The notes under the pieces: model-generated
Database searches by the model: none
What the model saw: the letters and a program-made list of their open reading frames with translations, nothing else
Told to the model about the DNA's origin: nothing
Translations under genes and position numbers: made by a program
IMG/VR virus record: IMGVR_UViG_3300019458_000001
DNA length: 64,000 bases
Origin: a virus
Reading direction: 5' to 3' (one strand)
In this document: piece after piece, positions 42,856 to 52,472 of the stretch
How positions within the stretch are numbered: the stretch's first letter is position 1
Layout of the letters: each line of letters starts with the position of its first letter

Positions 42856-43249
42856 TCCCGGCCTCCGCGGTCTCCTTCTCCGGCGCGGGCTCCCCGTTCC
42901 CGTTCTTCTTGGCTTCCTCGGGCTTCTTCTCGTCGTCCTTCTCCAGCTTCGCCGGCTTCACCGGAATCTGGCGCGTGATGAGAAGCGTGCCGTCGTCGTT
43001 GAGCTGGAGCGCCTCGCCGCGCTTGATCCCGAGCTCCTTGAAGAAGACGTTCGCGTCCGCCTCGTGGATCTGCTTCTTCAGGTTGACGATCTCCTCCTTC
43101 ATGGCGCCCACCTGCTGGATCGTCCCGGCGAGCTCACGTTCGAGCTGGATGATCCGGTCGTTCAGATGGACATTGAGGAGGCGGTACTTCTGCGCGTCGG
43201 TGAGCTTCTTCTCCTCGACCTTGACCTGCGGCTTTTTGGCGTCGGCCAT
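42848..43249 (-). CDS. coiled-coil protein (133 aa; scaffold-like, function unknown)
   Basis: Track ORF. Heptad-rich with a Lys/Glu tail. Confidence 0.55.
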   Translation of the reverse strand: MADAKKPQVKVEEKKLTDAQKYRLLNVHLNDRIIQLERELAGTIQQVGAMKEEIVNLKKQIHEADANVFFKELGIKRGEALQLNDDGTLLITRQIPVKPAKLEKDDEKKPEEAKKNGNGEPAPEKETAEAGSA

Positions 43250-43264
43250 GAATGACTCTCCTGT

Positions 43265-43570
43265 CTATTTGGATTCCTGGCGCTTCTTCATAGCATACGC
43301 GCCGAGAGCCGCTCCGCCAAGTCCCGCAAGCAGAAGATGCTTGCCCTTCAGGCCGCCGCCCGCAGGCGGCGCGGGCGGCGCGGGCCGGTGGGTCCCCGGG
43401 ACGCCGAGGCGCCTTGCGAGCGCCACGCCCCCCATCCCAAGAGCCGCGCCTCCGGCGGCTACCGATCCCGCCACGACTGGATCGGACATGAGCTGGAGCG
43501 CCTCGCCGGCGATCCCCTCCTTCTTGAGCTCGAAGAAGAGGCCGCTCCAGAACGGGTGCAGTTCGATCAT
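43265..43570 (-). CDS. small Gly/Ala-rich membrane protein
   Basis: Two hydrophobic Gly/Ala-rich segments. ATGA-type overlap with the upstream gene. Confidence 0.5.
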   Translation of the reverse strand: MIELHPFWSGLFFELKKEGIAGEALQLMSDPVVAGSVAAGGAALGMGGVALARRLGVPGTHRPAPPAPPAGGGLKGKHLLLAGLGGAALGAYAMKKRQESK

Positions 43571-46500
43571 GCGATGAGCGTGCCGGGTTCAGGCTGGAAG
43601 ATCGCCTCCACGAACGGGTTCGTCACGGTCACGTAGGCCGACGCGTCCTTGATGATGCCGACCTTCTTGATGACGCTTCCGGAAGACGTCGGGGCGGTCG
43701 TGGTCGCGCGGCCGGGCGTGGCGTCCGACAGGAAGATCTCGTCGTTTGCCGCCGGCGAGAGGCCGTTGACGAGCCTTGCATTCTCGATGAGCCCGCCGAA
43801 CCCGGTGGTGATGAGGCCGGATGACCCCGATCCGATGGCCATCTCGGCGTTTCCGAATACCCGCGCCGCCGCTTCGGACGTGGCGATCGCCATCTGGCAG
43901 TTGTCGTTCGAGGTGACTCGCACGAACGTTCCGGAGTCAATCGCGGCGGAAGCCGTGAAAGTCACGCTCCCGGCGTTTGTCGCCGCAGAGTCGAGCTGCT
44001 CGATCGCGTCCTGGACGTTCGTTGCGGTGACGACCAGAAGGCCAGTCGGATCGAAGCCCACCGCTTCCGCGCCGGACGAGCTCGCCGTGCTCGCGTTCAG
44101 GTTGACCGTCTCGTCGTCGGCGACGTTCCTGAGCCAGATCTCGCTCCATCCGATGCTGGACGTACCGAGGGTCGTCGTGTCGTTGGTGGCCGCCCGGAGC
44201 ACGCTGCTCTGGATGATGACGGGCGGATTGCCGACGGCGTTTCCGAGGTTGACCGCACCGATGTTGATGCCTGAGTTCACGCCAATGTTGATCGCCGCGA
44301 CTCCCGGCACAAAACTTGCCCCGATGTCCAGGGTCAGGTCCCCTGCCGCGCTTGCCGTGCTTGCTCCCGTCGTGACGGTGACGGCTCCGCCTCTTCCGCC
44401 GCCAGCGACCGTCTGTGCGCCGCCCGTGATGACCGCGGCACCGCCGACGGCGCCAACCGAGGCGAAACTTGAAGCCCCGCCGGTCAGGTTCATGGCGCCT
44501 GCGGTTCCGGTTGGGGACGCTCCGCCGATGACGGACATCGCGACACCCGCTCCCGCCACCACCGCATTCGGGCGGATCGTCTTGAGCGCCGCGTTCGCCG
44601 CGAAGGCGATCGTGTCGCCCGTAAGCGCGAACGTCGATGCGGCGGCACCCACCGTGACTGTAGCGGCGGCGCCACCGAGGTTGATGGCTGTGATCGTGGT
44701 GTTGAAGATGCTCCCGGTTCCAGCGCTCGTGCTGGAGATCGACGGGCTGGCCCCGTTCAGGTTGAGGGCCGTGGCGTTCGTGGCGGTGATGGTTACGTTT
44801 CCGATGGTGAGTGTACCCGTGCTCGCGCCCACGTTGAGCGAGGTCGCGGCGCCGCCGACGTTGAGCGTGGTGACTGTGGTGTTGAAAACGTTTGCCGTCG
44901 TCGACGTTGTGCCGATCGACGGGCTCGCGCCATTGAGGTTGAGTGCCGTCGCGCCGCTGCCCGTGATCGTCGGATTCGCGATCGTAAACGTACCGGTCGC
45001 CGCGCCCACGTTGAAACTCGTGGCCGCTGCTCCCATGTTCAGGGTCGTGACGGTCGAGTTGAAGACGCTCGCCGTCGTGGAAGTCGTCGCGATGGATGGG
45101 CTGGCGCCGTTCAAGTTCAGGGCCGTGGCGTTCGTGGCGGTGATGGTGGCGTTGCCGATCGTAAGCGTGCCCGTTGAGGCGCCCATGCTAAGCGACGTCG
45201 CCGCCCCGCCGAGATTGAGCGTCGTGACGGTCGCGTTCAGCAGGTTGAACGTAGTCGCGGTGGACGTCAGATCGCCGCCGTTGATCGCGGCGTCCCCCGT
45301 GATCGTGACGTTGCCGGCGCTGTTGATCCGGAAGATGTCCGCCGCCGCGCTGTCGATGATCTCGAGGTAGTCGCCGGTCTGGGCCGCGGCGCCGACGAGC
45401 CGCAGGACGTCGTGCGCCGCGGTCGTTCCCGTGACTCGCTCCTTGGCGTCTGTGACACCGGTGTTTCCGATGTCCACACGATCGGTCGATGTCGTGAGAC
45501 GAACCACGGTTCCGTCGTCCGTCCAGCCGCCGGCCGCGGCGCTCGTCGCAAGGGAAACCCAGGCCGTTCCGGTGTACGTGTCGACGGTGTCCGTTGTGGT
45601 GTTCCACACAACCATGCCGTCCGATGTTCCCGTGACGTCGAGGGCGTCCCGCTCTGCCGTGGTCATGAGCGGGAAGGCGAAGGCGATCGACGTGTCCACC
45701 CCGACCTGGGTGGCGTCGACGTCGCTCCGGCGGAAGAAGTTCGGCGTCCCGCCGTAACGGATCGAACTCGACGTCGAGCTGAAGTTCAGGTTCAGGCTCG
45801 TGAAGGTGACCGTCGTCAGGCTGCTCGCCGAGAACGCCACGTCGGTCGAGGATCCGCCGACCGCGGCGGAGAACGTTTTGTCAGTGCTGGTGTTCCGTCC
45901 GAAGATCGAGAGCGTGTTCGTGTAGGACGCGGTCACGTTCGCCGTGTTGCCCACAGTCACGGTGCTGTTGACGTCCGTGTCCGTGCCGTCGGTCTCGTAG
46001 AAGAACAGCGACGCGGCCGTCACCTTGGCGACGCCGCGCCTCACGGTTGTCGCCCCCGCTCCGCCAACCACAAGAGTGCCTGTCGATGGCGTGCCGGCGG
46101 TGGCGTTCGAGTTGACGTTCAGACGGTCGCTCGTGAAGCTGGACGCCGAGTCAGACCCGCTTTGCGTGAACGTCCCCGTGACGGTCGTGGCCCCGTTCAG
46201 GCTGACCGCGCCCGTGCCGGTCGAGAAGGTGCTCGAGCCGGACTGGGTGAAGCTCCCGCTAACGGTCGTGAGGCCCGTGCCCGTCGTGAATGTGTTTGAG
46301 CCCGAGATCGTCGTGTTGCCGTTCAGGGTGACCGTACCGGTGCCCGTCGAGAACGTCGTCGATCCCGTCTGGGAGAAATTCGATCCCGTAGTGACACCGC
46401 TCGACCCTGTAAGGGTTAGCGCGCCGGCGCTCGCCACAACCGAGATGGTCGTGGATCCCGTGATCGTGTTCGTGGTGCCGTTCACGGTGATCGTTGATCC

Positions 46501-48672
46501 AGAGACGAGGTTGCCCGCCGCGGTGACATCGCCCGAGAACCATCCGTCCTTGAAGCGCGTACCCGTCACGCCGAGATCCGTCTCCGCCGTCGTGCCGGGG
46601 CGGATCGAGGCGAGGGTGCCGGCGCCCGTGTTGTCGAAGGTCAGGATCCTGGCGGACGCGGAGTTGTAGCCGATCGTGTGATCGGCGTTCTCGAAGAAGA
46701 CGTTTCCGGCGGCGGAAACAGAGAGCAGCGTCGTTCCGGCCGAGTTCTGGATCTGGAGCGCGTCCGCCGTCTGGGACGCCACTTCGCGCACGAGGAGCGT
46801 CGGGTCCCCGACCGTGTCGCCGACGATCTGAACCTTCGCGCCCAGGTCGGTCGCGGTTCCGATGGCCACGACATCCGTGGCTGTCGTAAGACGGACCACC
46901 GTTCCGTCGTCGGTCCAGCCCGAAGCCGCCGAGGTCGACAGGTCGCTGAAGCTGACGGGGGTCGTCGCGCCGGCACCGGTTTCCCAGACGCCGTCCGTTC
47001 CAGCGCGCATGACCGACACGGTGACGCGCGTGATCGTGCCAGCGACGGTCGCGTCCGTCGTGAACTGATTCTGGGTGAAGTCCTCGACGGTCGCGGTCGT
47101 GCCGACGCCGCGGATCGTGAGCGTCGTGCCGGAGTGCGTGAGCACCTCGAAGAGACCGTTGTTGTTGGAGTTGCTCGCGCCGGAGACCTGGATGAACTGC
47201 CCGGCAGAGAACGTCCCGGAACCCGTCGTGATGACGGTCGGGTTCGAGGTCGCCGCGACGCCTGCGGTGAACCCGCCGGCGGCGACCGTCGTGCTCGTGG
47301 CGATGGGCAGATAGTTCACGACAAGCCCGCCCGTCTCGCCGGAGGCGGTCGTGTAGGCGTTGTTGAGGTAGAGATGATTGTCGTCGAGGAGAACCTGGGT
47401 CGAGTTCACCGTCGTCGTGGTGCCCTCGACGATGAGATTCCCGAGGACCCTGGCGTTGTTCCGGATCCGGCTCTCTCCGGTCGTCGCGCCCATGACGAGC
47501 GAGGTGGCCGCCTGGGCGAAATTGACCGTCGTCGCCGTCGCGTTGACGAGGTTGAACGTCGTCGCCGTGGTCGTGATGTCGCCGCCATTGACGGCGACGT
47601 CGCCCGGGAACGTCACCGTGCCGGCGGAGTTCCCGATGCTCATGGCGGTCGCGGCGCCGCCCACGTTGAGGGTCGTCGTCGTCGTGTTGAAGAGAGCGAC
47701 GGTTCCCTGGCTCGAAGTCACCGCGCTGAAGCCGGTGGCGAACGTCGATGCGGCGGCGCCCGCATTGAGCGTTGTGACCGCTCCGCCCAGATTGAGAGTG
47801 GTCACGGTCGCGTTCAGCAGGTTGAACGTCGTCGCGGTGGACGTCAGATCGCCGCCGTTCACGGCGAGGTCGTCGGACATCGTCACGGCATCCGCCAGCG
47901 TCGTCGTTCCGGCCGAATCGATCGTGATGCCGCCGGACGATGTCGAAAGCGTCATCGCGCCGGTGGCGGAGATCGTGTTCGTCGTTCCGTTCACCGTGAT
48001 GGATGCCCCGGAGACGAGATTCCCTGCGGTCGTCACGTCGCCCTGGAACCAGCCCTGCTTCCAGCGCGAACCGGTCAGACCGAAATCGGTCTGGTTCGTG
48101 GTCCCCGGGACGACGGCCGAAAGCGCGCCAGTGCCCGCGTTGTCGAGCGTAAGCGTCCGGTTGCTCGCGGAGCTCCAGCCGATCGTCCGGTCGGCATCCG
48201 TGAAGAGGAGGTCACTTCCCCAGCGCGCGTTCTGGGTCACCGTATCAGCCGATCCGTCGCCCAGCGTGACGTTCCCGTCCACGGCGAGCGAGTTGTTCAC
48301 CGACGTCGTACCGGTTGACGCCCCGATGTCGACCGCGGTGGCGGCGCCGGCGATGTTCACGGTGGTCGCCGTCGCGTTCACGAAATTGAAGGTCGCGGAC
48401 GTGGTCGTCAGGTCGCCGCCATTGACGGCGACGTCCCCGGAAAACGTGCCGTCGGTGAACCCGGTGATGTTCGCGGCGCCGGATCCGGTGAGGCCGACAC
48501 CCGAGGACAGGGTCAGGGCCGATGACCCGAGGACGGCGGTCTGGCCGCCTGAATTCTCGAGGGTGACGGAAGCGGCGCCGGACAGAAGGCCGATGACCCT
48601 GGCCCGATCCGCGCTCGGCGAGAGCTCGTTGACGTTCGCGCCTGAGCGGAAGAGGATTTTCCTGTCAGCCAT
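43567..48672 (-). CDS. giant repeat-containing fibre/adhesin-like virion protein (1701 aa)
   Basis: At least 10 copies of the module ..NGGDLT(S/T)TATTFNL(L/V)NATVTTLNLGGAAT... Duplicated GWTDDGTVVRLTT modules. TNVQDAIEQLD motif. GAGGTGAT RBS. Confidence 0.8.
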   Translation of the reverse strand: MADRKILFRSGANVNELSPSADRARVIGLLSGAASVTLENSGGQTAVLGSSALTLSSGVGLTGSGAANITGFTDGTFSGDVAVNGGDLTTTSATFNFVNATATTVNIAGAATAVDIGASTGTTSVNNSLAVDGNVTLGDGSADTVTQNARWGSDLLFTDADRTIGWSSASNRTLTLDNAGTGALSAVVPGTTNQTDFGLTGSRWKQGWFQGDVTTAGNLVSGASITVNGTTNTISATGAMTLSTSSGGITIDSAGTTTLADAVTMSDDLAVNGGDLTSTATTFNLLNATVTTLNLGGAVTTLNAGAAASTFATGFSAVTSSQGTVALFNTTTTTLNVGGAATAMSIGNSAGTVTFPGDVAVNGGDITTTATTFNLVNATATTVNFAQAATSLVMGATTGESRIRNNARVLGNLIVEGTTTTVNSTQVLLDDNHLYLNNAYTTASGETGGLVVNYLPIATSTTVAAGGFTAGVAATSNPTVITTGSGTFSAGQFIQVSGASNSNNNGLFEVLTHSGTTLTIRGVGTTATVEDFTQNQFTTDATVAGTITRVTVSVMRAGTDGVWETGAGATTPVSFSDLSTSAASGWTDDGTVVRLTTATDVVAIGTATDLGAKVQIVGDTVGDPTLLVREVASQTADALQIQNSAGTTLLSVSAAGNVFFENADHTIGYNSASARILTFDNTGAGTLASIRPGTTAETDLGVTGTRFKDGWFSGDVTAAGNLVSGSTITVNGTTNTITGSTTISVVASAGALTLTGSSGVTTGSNFSQTGSTTFSTGTGTVTLNGNTTISGSNTFTTGTGLTTVSGSFTQSGSSTFSTGTGAVSLNGATTVTGTFTQSGSDSASSFTSDRLNVNSNATAGTPSTGTLVVGGAGATTVRRGVAKVTAASLFFYETDGTDTDVNSTVTVGNTANVTASYTNTLSIFGRNTSTDKTFSAAVGGSSTDVAFSASSLTTVTFTSLNLNFSSTSSSIRYGGTPNFFRRSDVDATQVGVDTSIAFAFPLMTTAERDALDVTGTSDGMVVWNTTTDTVDTYTGTAWVSLATSAAAGGWTDDGTVVRLTTSTDRVDIGNTGVTDAKERVTGTTAAHDVLRLVGAAAQTGDYLEIIDSAAADIFRINSAGNVTITGDAAINGGDLTSTATTFNLLNATVTTLNLGGAATSLSMGASTGTLTIGNATITATNATALNLNGASPSIATTSTTASVFNSTVTTLNMGAAATSFNVGAATGTFTIANPTITGSGATALNLNGASPSIGTTSTTANVFNTTVTTLNVGGAATSLNVGASTGTLTIGNVTITATNATALNLNGASPSISSTSAGTGSIFNTTITAINLGGAAATVTVGAAASTFALTGDTIAFAANAALKTIRPNAVVAGAGVAMSVIGGASPTGTAGAMNLTGGASSFASVGAVGGAAVITGGAQTVAGGGRGGAVTVTTGASTASAAGDLTLDIGASFVPGVAAINIGVNSGINIGAVNLGNAVGNPPVIIQSSVLRAATNDTTTLGTSSIGWSEIWLRNVADDETVNLNASTASSSGAEAVGFDPTGLLVVTATNVQDAIEQLDSAATNAGSVTFTASAAIDSGTFVRVTSNDNCQMAIATSEAAARVFGNAEMAIGSGSSGLITTGFGGLIENARLVNGLSPAANDEIFLSDATPGRATTTAPTSSGSVIKKVGIIKDASAYVTVTNPFVEAIFQPEPGTLIA

Positions 48673-48759
48673 CGATCACCTCGCTGGACGCCGTGGAGCG
48701 TCGGCTGCCGGCAGACGTCCGGCGTGCCGATGACTGACTATTGTGACTGGTTGGCCGGA

Positions 48760-49482
48760 TCAGAGCGCCTCGACGCACTCCCGGATGGCGCGCATCTTGG
48801 CGAGCTGGACTCCGGTCACGGTCTCAGTATACAGCCCATCCGGCTTTCCGTTCAGCTCTGTCCATCGACGGTGCAGGTCTTCACGAATTTGACGCCCAAC
48901 GATTGGGCTCGTCATTTCATCGAGGCTTTCCTGGGCGATGTCGAGCGGCTCGGGAAGCACGATGAGCCCGTCGTCGAAGCAGATCGCCGCGATGTACCGG
49001 AGCACCTCGTCGGAGAACTCCGCCTTCCGGATGCGGAACGCCTCCTTGAGCGCGCAGGCGATCATCGCCGGGCTTGGGTGCTGGTATTGGTCGAAGACCG
49101 GGACGCGGCCGTTGAGGGAGACGACGACCTTCTCGAAGGCGAGGTGGTCCCTCCAAAATGCCTGGGTCGTCAGAAGAGTCTTCAGCGCCTGAACCTTGCT
49201 CTTGAGAACCTCGTTCGGAGTCTCCCCGAAGGCGCGCTTCATCTCGGACCAGACCGTCTCCGGCTCCCAAAGAACCCACTCTTTTCCAAGCGCGGACGTC
49301 AGGAGGCGTAGAAGATCGACAGCGCCTGCGGATTTCGCCCGCGGAGCCTCCTGGGCAGTCTTGTCGTCCGTGGAAGTGACGATGTCCGCGACGGCTTCGG
49401 TGAACCCCAGGTCACTCAGCCTTTGCCGGGGCGTTGTCTCTGGCATGCTCCATCCTGGCCGCCACGAACTCGCGGCTGGCAT
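48760..49482 (-). CDS. hypothetical protein
   Basis: Track ORF. The start could be ATG 49482 or ATG 49446. Confidence 0.55.
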   Translation of the reverse strand: MPAASSWRPGWSMPETTPRQRLSDLGFTEAVADIVTSTDDKTAQEAPRAKSAGAVDLLRLLTSALGKEWVLWEPETVWSEMKRAFGETPNEVLKSKVQALKTLLTTQAFWRDHLAFEKVVVSLNGRVPVFDQYQHPSPAMIACALKEAFRIRKAEFSDEVLRYIAAICFDDGLIVLPEPLDIAQESLDEMTSPIVGRQIREDLHRRWTELNGKPDGLYTETVTGVQLAKMRAIRECVEAL

Positions 49483-50431
49483 TCGGCAGGCACCAGATCT
49501 CCTTCGGGTCGCGCTTCACCTTGTCGGCCAGCTCCTTCCCGAACATCTTCTCGATGAGCTCCGCGTTCGACGCGACGAACGACTTGAGCTCGTCTTCGTT
49601 GAAGCTGTGCCCTATTCCGCGGATCGGGATCTGGTGGGTCGCCTGTTTCTCCATCAGGATGGTATTCGGCTCGAGGCCTCGCGTCCAGTACTGATCGAGC
49701 TTGAACTGCCGGTCGAACGTCTCCAGGAGCTTCACCGTCTCTGCGGGCTCGAAGCCCGCGTGCTTCTCGAGGAATTCGTCCATGAGAAGGGCCGCCTCAG
49801 GCTGCTCCGGCGTCAGGCGCTTCCTGGCGGCGCACTGGGCGAAAAGCGCCTCCTTGTCGATGGACGGATTCTCGATCGCGAATGGCTTGAGATCCTCAGG
49901 CAACGTGACACCGGCCGACTTCATCGCCAGGGCGAGTTCCCGCTTGTCCTCGCGGCCGTACTTGTCCCGGTTCTCCTCGTACGCGTCCCGAAGCTGCCCG
50001 AGAATGTCCACGGACGCTGCATTGGCAACCATGATCCGCTCGAGCCGGACGTAGTTCGTTCCCTCGGAGGAGACGTCGGCAGCGCACTTCTCGACGCTCG
50101 CAAGCGGCCTCACTCCGAACTGCACGCTCGCGTTCTTGATCTGGGTCGCCGCGGCGACTTTCGCCTCCGGCGGGAGCTTCCCGTAGGTCAGGTCGAAGTA
50201 GACGTTCGCCAAGACCGTGTGCGCGTAATCGTGGATGGGGTACTTCCGGATCGCCTCGCCCTTCTTCGTCAGGAAGACGACGCCGAACTGCCTGTCCTCG
50301 AGATCGGCGAGCTTCGCGGGATCCCCGATAGGGAGCGATGCGACTTTCTCGAAGTATGGCGACCCGGCGAGCGTGCTGAGTCCTGGGTCGTCGTAGAGGT
50401 CGAGGATCTTGCCGCCGGTCGACCAGTTCAT
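49412..50431 (-). CDS. hypothetical protein (339 aa), first gene of the minus-strand block
   Basis: Track ORF with a divergent intergenic region upstream. Confidence 0.6.
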   Translation of the reverse strand: MNWSTGGKILDLYDDPGLSTLAGSPYFEKVASLPIGDPAKLADLEDRQFGVVFLTKKGEAIRKYPIHDYAHTVLANVYFDLTYGKLPPEAKVAAATQIKNASVQFGVRPLASVEKCAADVSSEGTNYVRLERIMVANAASVDILGQLRDAYEENRDKYGREDKRELALAMKSAGVTLPEDLKPFAIENPSIDKEALFAQCAARKRLTPEQPEAALLMDEFLEKHAGFEPAETVKLLETFDRQFKLDQYWTRGLEPNTILMEKQATHQIPIRGIGHSFNEDELKSFVASNAELIEKMFGKELADKVKRDPKEIWCLPNASREFVAARMEHARDNAPAKAE

Positions 50432-50722
50432 GGGCCCATTCTACTCCCGGACCCGGCAGGCGTTCAGCCCATTTGGGGGGGGCTCAATCGGCTGGTTTTT
50501 TGGAATAAGAGTCATGTAAGGAGAGATGCGGTTTTTCATCGACCACCCGGACGCTTCGAGGCTCGCCGATCGGGCGCCCGGAACACACCATCAGGCGAAG
50601 AGAGGAGAAACAGCACGTTCATCGACGTTTGGGACCTCTACAGGTCCTGGCTGGGTCGATAGCGAACCGCCTCCCGATCGCGTCATGTGTTGATTCATGA
50701 ATCGACGAAAGGAAGGCCAGTC

Positions 50723-51646
50723 ATGTCGCAGAACATCCCGTGGCTCGCGCAGGCGCTCATGTGCGTCGTCTGCAAGGTCGTCCTCAAGCTGGAGACTTCG
50801 GCGGAGGCGGCCAGGCGGTCGATGATGTGCAACCACTGCAGGAACAACGCGTGGGCCGCCCTCAAGCAGTACGCAATGGGCAATGCCGGCATCGGCCACC
50901 TCAAGACCGTGAAGGTGGCCAAGGGCTACATGTTCTCGGAGGAGGTAGTAAATCTCTTCGCGGTGAACATGGGCCGCCTGTCCGACTTCGTGGCGTTCAC
51001 CAAGTGGTGGACGTCGAACACGGTCGGCCAGGAGCTGGATCCGAAGTACCCGTCGCTCCAGGCGTTCGTGGACCGCGTTACCGGAGCCTACAACGCGAAG
51101 GCAATCGAGCGCCATGCCAAGGAGGTCGCCGACGAGGCGAAACGCCCCGAAGCCGTCGAGATCGAAACCGAGACCGTGCCGGCCGAGACCGGCGCTGTCG
51201 AGGCGCAGGCCGCTCCGGTCCAGGTCAACGCCAGGACGGCCGCGCGCGAGGCGCTGATCAAGGCCATCAAGAAGGGGAAGCTCAACCTCTTCGCCTCCAA
51301 AGAGGCGATCGAGACGTTCGCGGCCGAGCTCGAGGCCGCGGGCGAGATCACGCACGAGCAGATCGCTGAGATGGCGGACGCCTTCATCTCCAAGGTCCTC
51401 GGGTCTCTGACGCCCGAGCAGAAGGTGACCGCTACGGCGCCGAAGGGCAAGACCAAGAAGGGCAGGAAGGCCGCCAAGGCCGAAGAGCGCGACGGCGCCA
51501 AGAAGAAGGACGCGCCGGACCAGCCCGAGGCCGCGACGGAGCAGCACACGGCGGACACCGTGATCCAACACCCGGATCCGACCAAGACCGAGGGGCAGAA
51601 GCCGGAACACGACGTCGTCATCGACGGGAAGACCGGCGGGCAGTAA
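50723..51646 (+). CDS. hypothetical protein with N-terminal CxxC..CxxC and a Lys-rich C-terminal tail
   Basis: ATG 50723 after AAGGAAGG. CVVC..CNHC. Followed by a terminator. Confidence 0.55.
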   Translation: MSQNIPWLAQALMCVVCKVVLKLETSAEAARRSMMCNHCRNNAWAALKQYAMGNAGIGHLKTVKVAKGYMFSEEVVNLFAVNMGRLSDFVAFTKWWTSNTVGQELDPKYPSLQAFVDRVTGAYNAKAIERHAKEVADEAKRPEAVEIETETVPAETGAVEAQAAPVQVNARTAAREALIKAIKKGKLNLFASKEAIETFAAELEAAGEITHEQIAEMADAFISKVLGSLTPEQKVTATAPKGKTKKGRKAAKAEERDGAKKKDAPDQPEAATEQHTADTVIQHPDPTKTEGQKPEHDVVIDGKTGGQ

Positions 51647-51652
51647 CCGTCA

Positions 51653-51689
51653 GGGGAAGGGCGCAGGAATGCGCTCTTCCCCTTTTTTG
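51653..51689. terminator. rho-independent terminator between convergent genes
   Basis: GGGGAAGGGCGC-AGGAAT-GCGCTCTTCCCC (one bulge), then TTTTTTG. Confidence 0.7.
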
Positions 51690-51702
51690 CCTCCACGGAG
51701 GG

Positions 51703-52470
51703 TCAGGCCTTGCCGAGGACCTTCTCGATGGTGGCATCCTCTTTCTTGAAGCTCTCGAGATGGGTGATCGGCAACGCCACAAGCCCGGTCTTTCGATTGA
51801 TGGAGTACTCGGCACGGAGCGACCCCTTGTCGTGGAGAGTCGACACGTCGAGGCGAACCTGGGACGGCCCTGGGACCCCGAGCGTCACCGCCGGGAAGTC
51901 CTCCGTAATCGGCGAGAGAGACTTTTTCAGGCGCTCGCGCGCCTTGTTCACGTCAATGGGGGAATCCAGTTTCGCCTTCACGTAGAGTCCGCGCCCTCCC
52001 GAATAGACGAAGCGCGTCCCCTTGACATCGGGTTCCCTTCGGAGAACGTGCGCGACCGCGCTGGCGATCGCCTTCGTCTTCTCCCACGGCACGTTTCCCT
52101 TCGGATCGATGTCTACGAAGAGGTGGTCGACCTCTTCGCCGTGGACCGGGTGGAACTCGACTGTGTGCTGGTTCACCCAGTTCATGTAATCCGACGGATC
52201 GCCGGGGCCCTTCGCTCCCTCCTCGATCATGATCTCGCGCCCTTCCGGGGTCTTTCTCCGAACCACAGGCTCCTTGTGCTGCTGGACGAGCATGACGGGG
52301 CGGCCCGCGAGCTGAGGGATGATCTTCGAGCGGATCTTCGGGTGGAGATAGTAGTCCGTCACCTGGGACTTCGTGAGACGGGCGTGCTCGCCCTCAACGA
52401 GAACGTCGTCACGCCCGTCGTCGGCGGCCTTGACGAGTTCCGCCAGGAAGCCGGCGACGAACTCGTGCAT
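51703..52470 (-). CDS. archaeo-eukaryotic primase (AEP) superfamily primase-polymerase, LigD Pol-domain-like
   Basis: VEFHP..LFVDIDPKG..W..AIASAVAHVL..FVYSGGRGLYVKAKL..VRLDVS...KGSLRAEYSINRKTGLVALPI follows the AEP motif I (DxD), II (SGxGxH/Y) and III order. Confidence 0.7.
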   Translation of the reverse strand: MHEFVAGFLAELVKAADDGRDDVLVEGEHARLTKSQVTDYYLHPKIRSKIIPQLAGRPVMLVQQHKEPVVRRKTPEGREIMIEEGAKGPGDPSDYMNWVNQHTVEFHPVHGEEVDHLFVDIDPKGNVPWEKTKAIASAVAHVLRREPDVKGTRFVYSGGRGLYVKAKLDSPIDVNKARERLKKSLSPITEDFPAVTLGVPGPSQVRLDVSTLHDKGSLRAEYSINRKTGLVALPITHLESFKKEDATIEKVLGKA

Positions 52471-52472
52471 GG

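Noticed and set aside
43567-48672. CRISPR-like or satellite repeat array suggested by the periodic DNA repeats.
   Set aside because: The repeats are in frame within one continuous ORF and correspond to protein repeat modules. There are no unique spacers of uniform length.
50461-50500. Terminator-like CAGCC..GGCTG followed by TTTTTT.
   Set aside because: The stem is only 5 bp with a ~23-nt loop. No plus-strand gene ends upstream of it.
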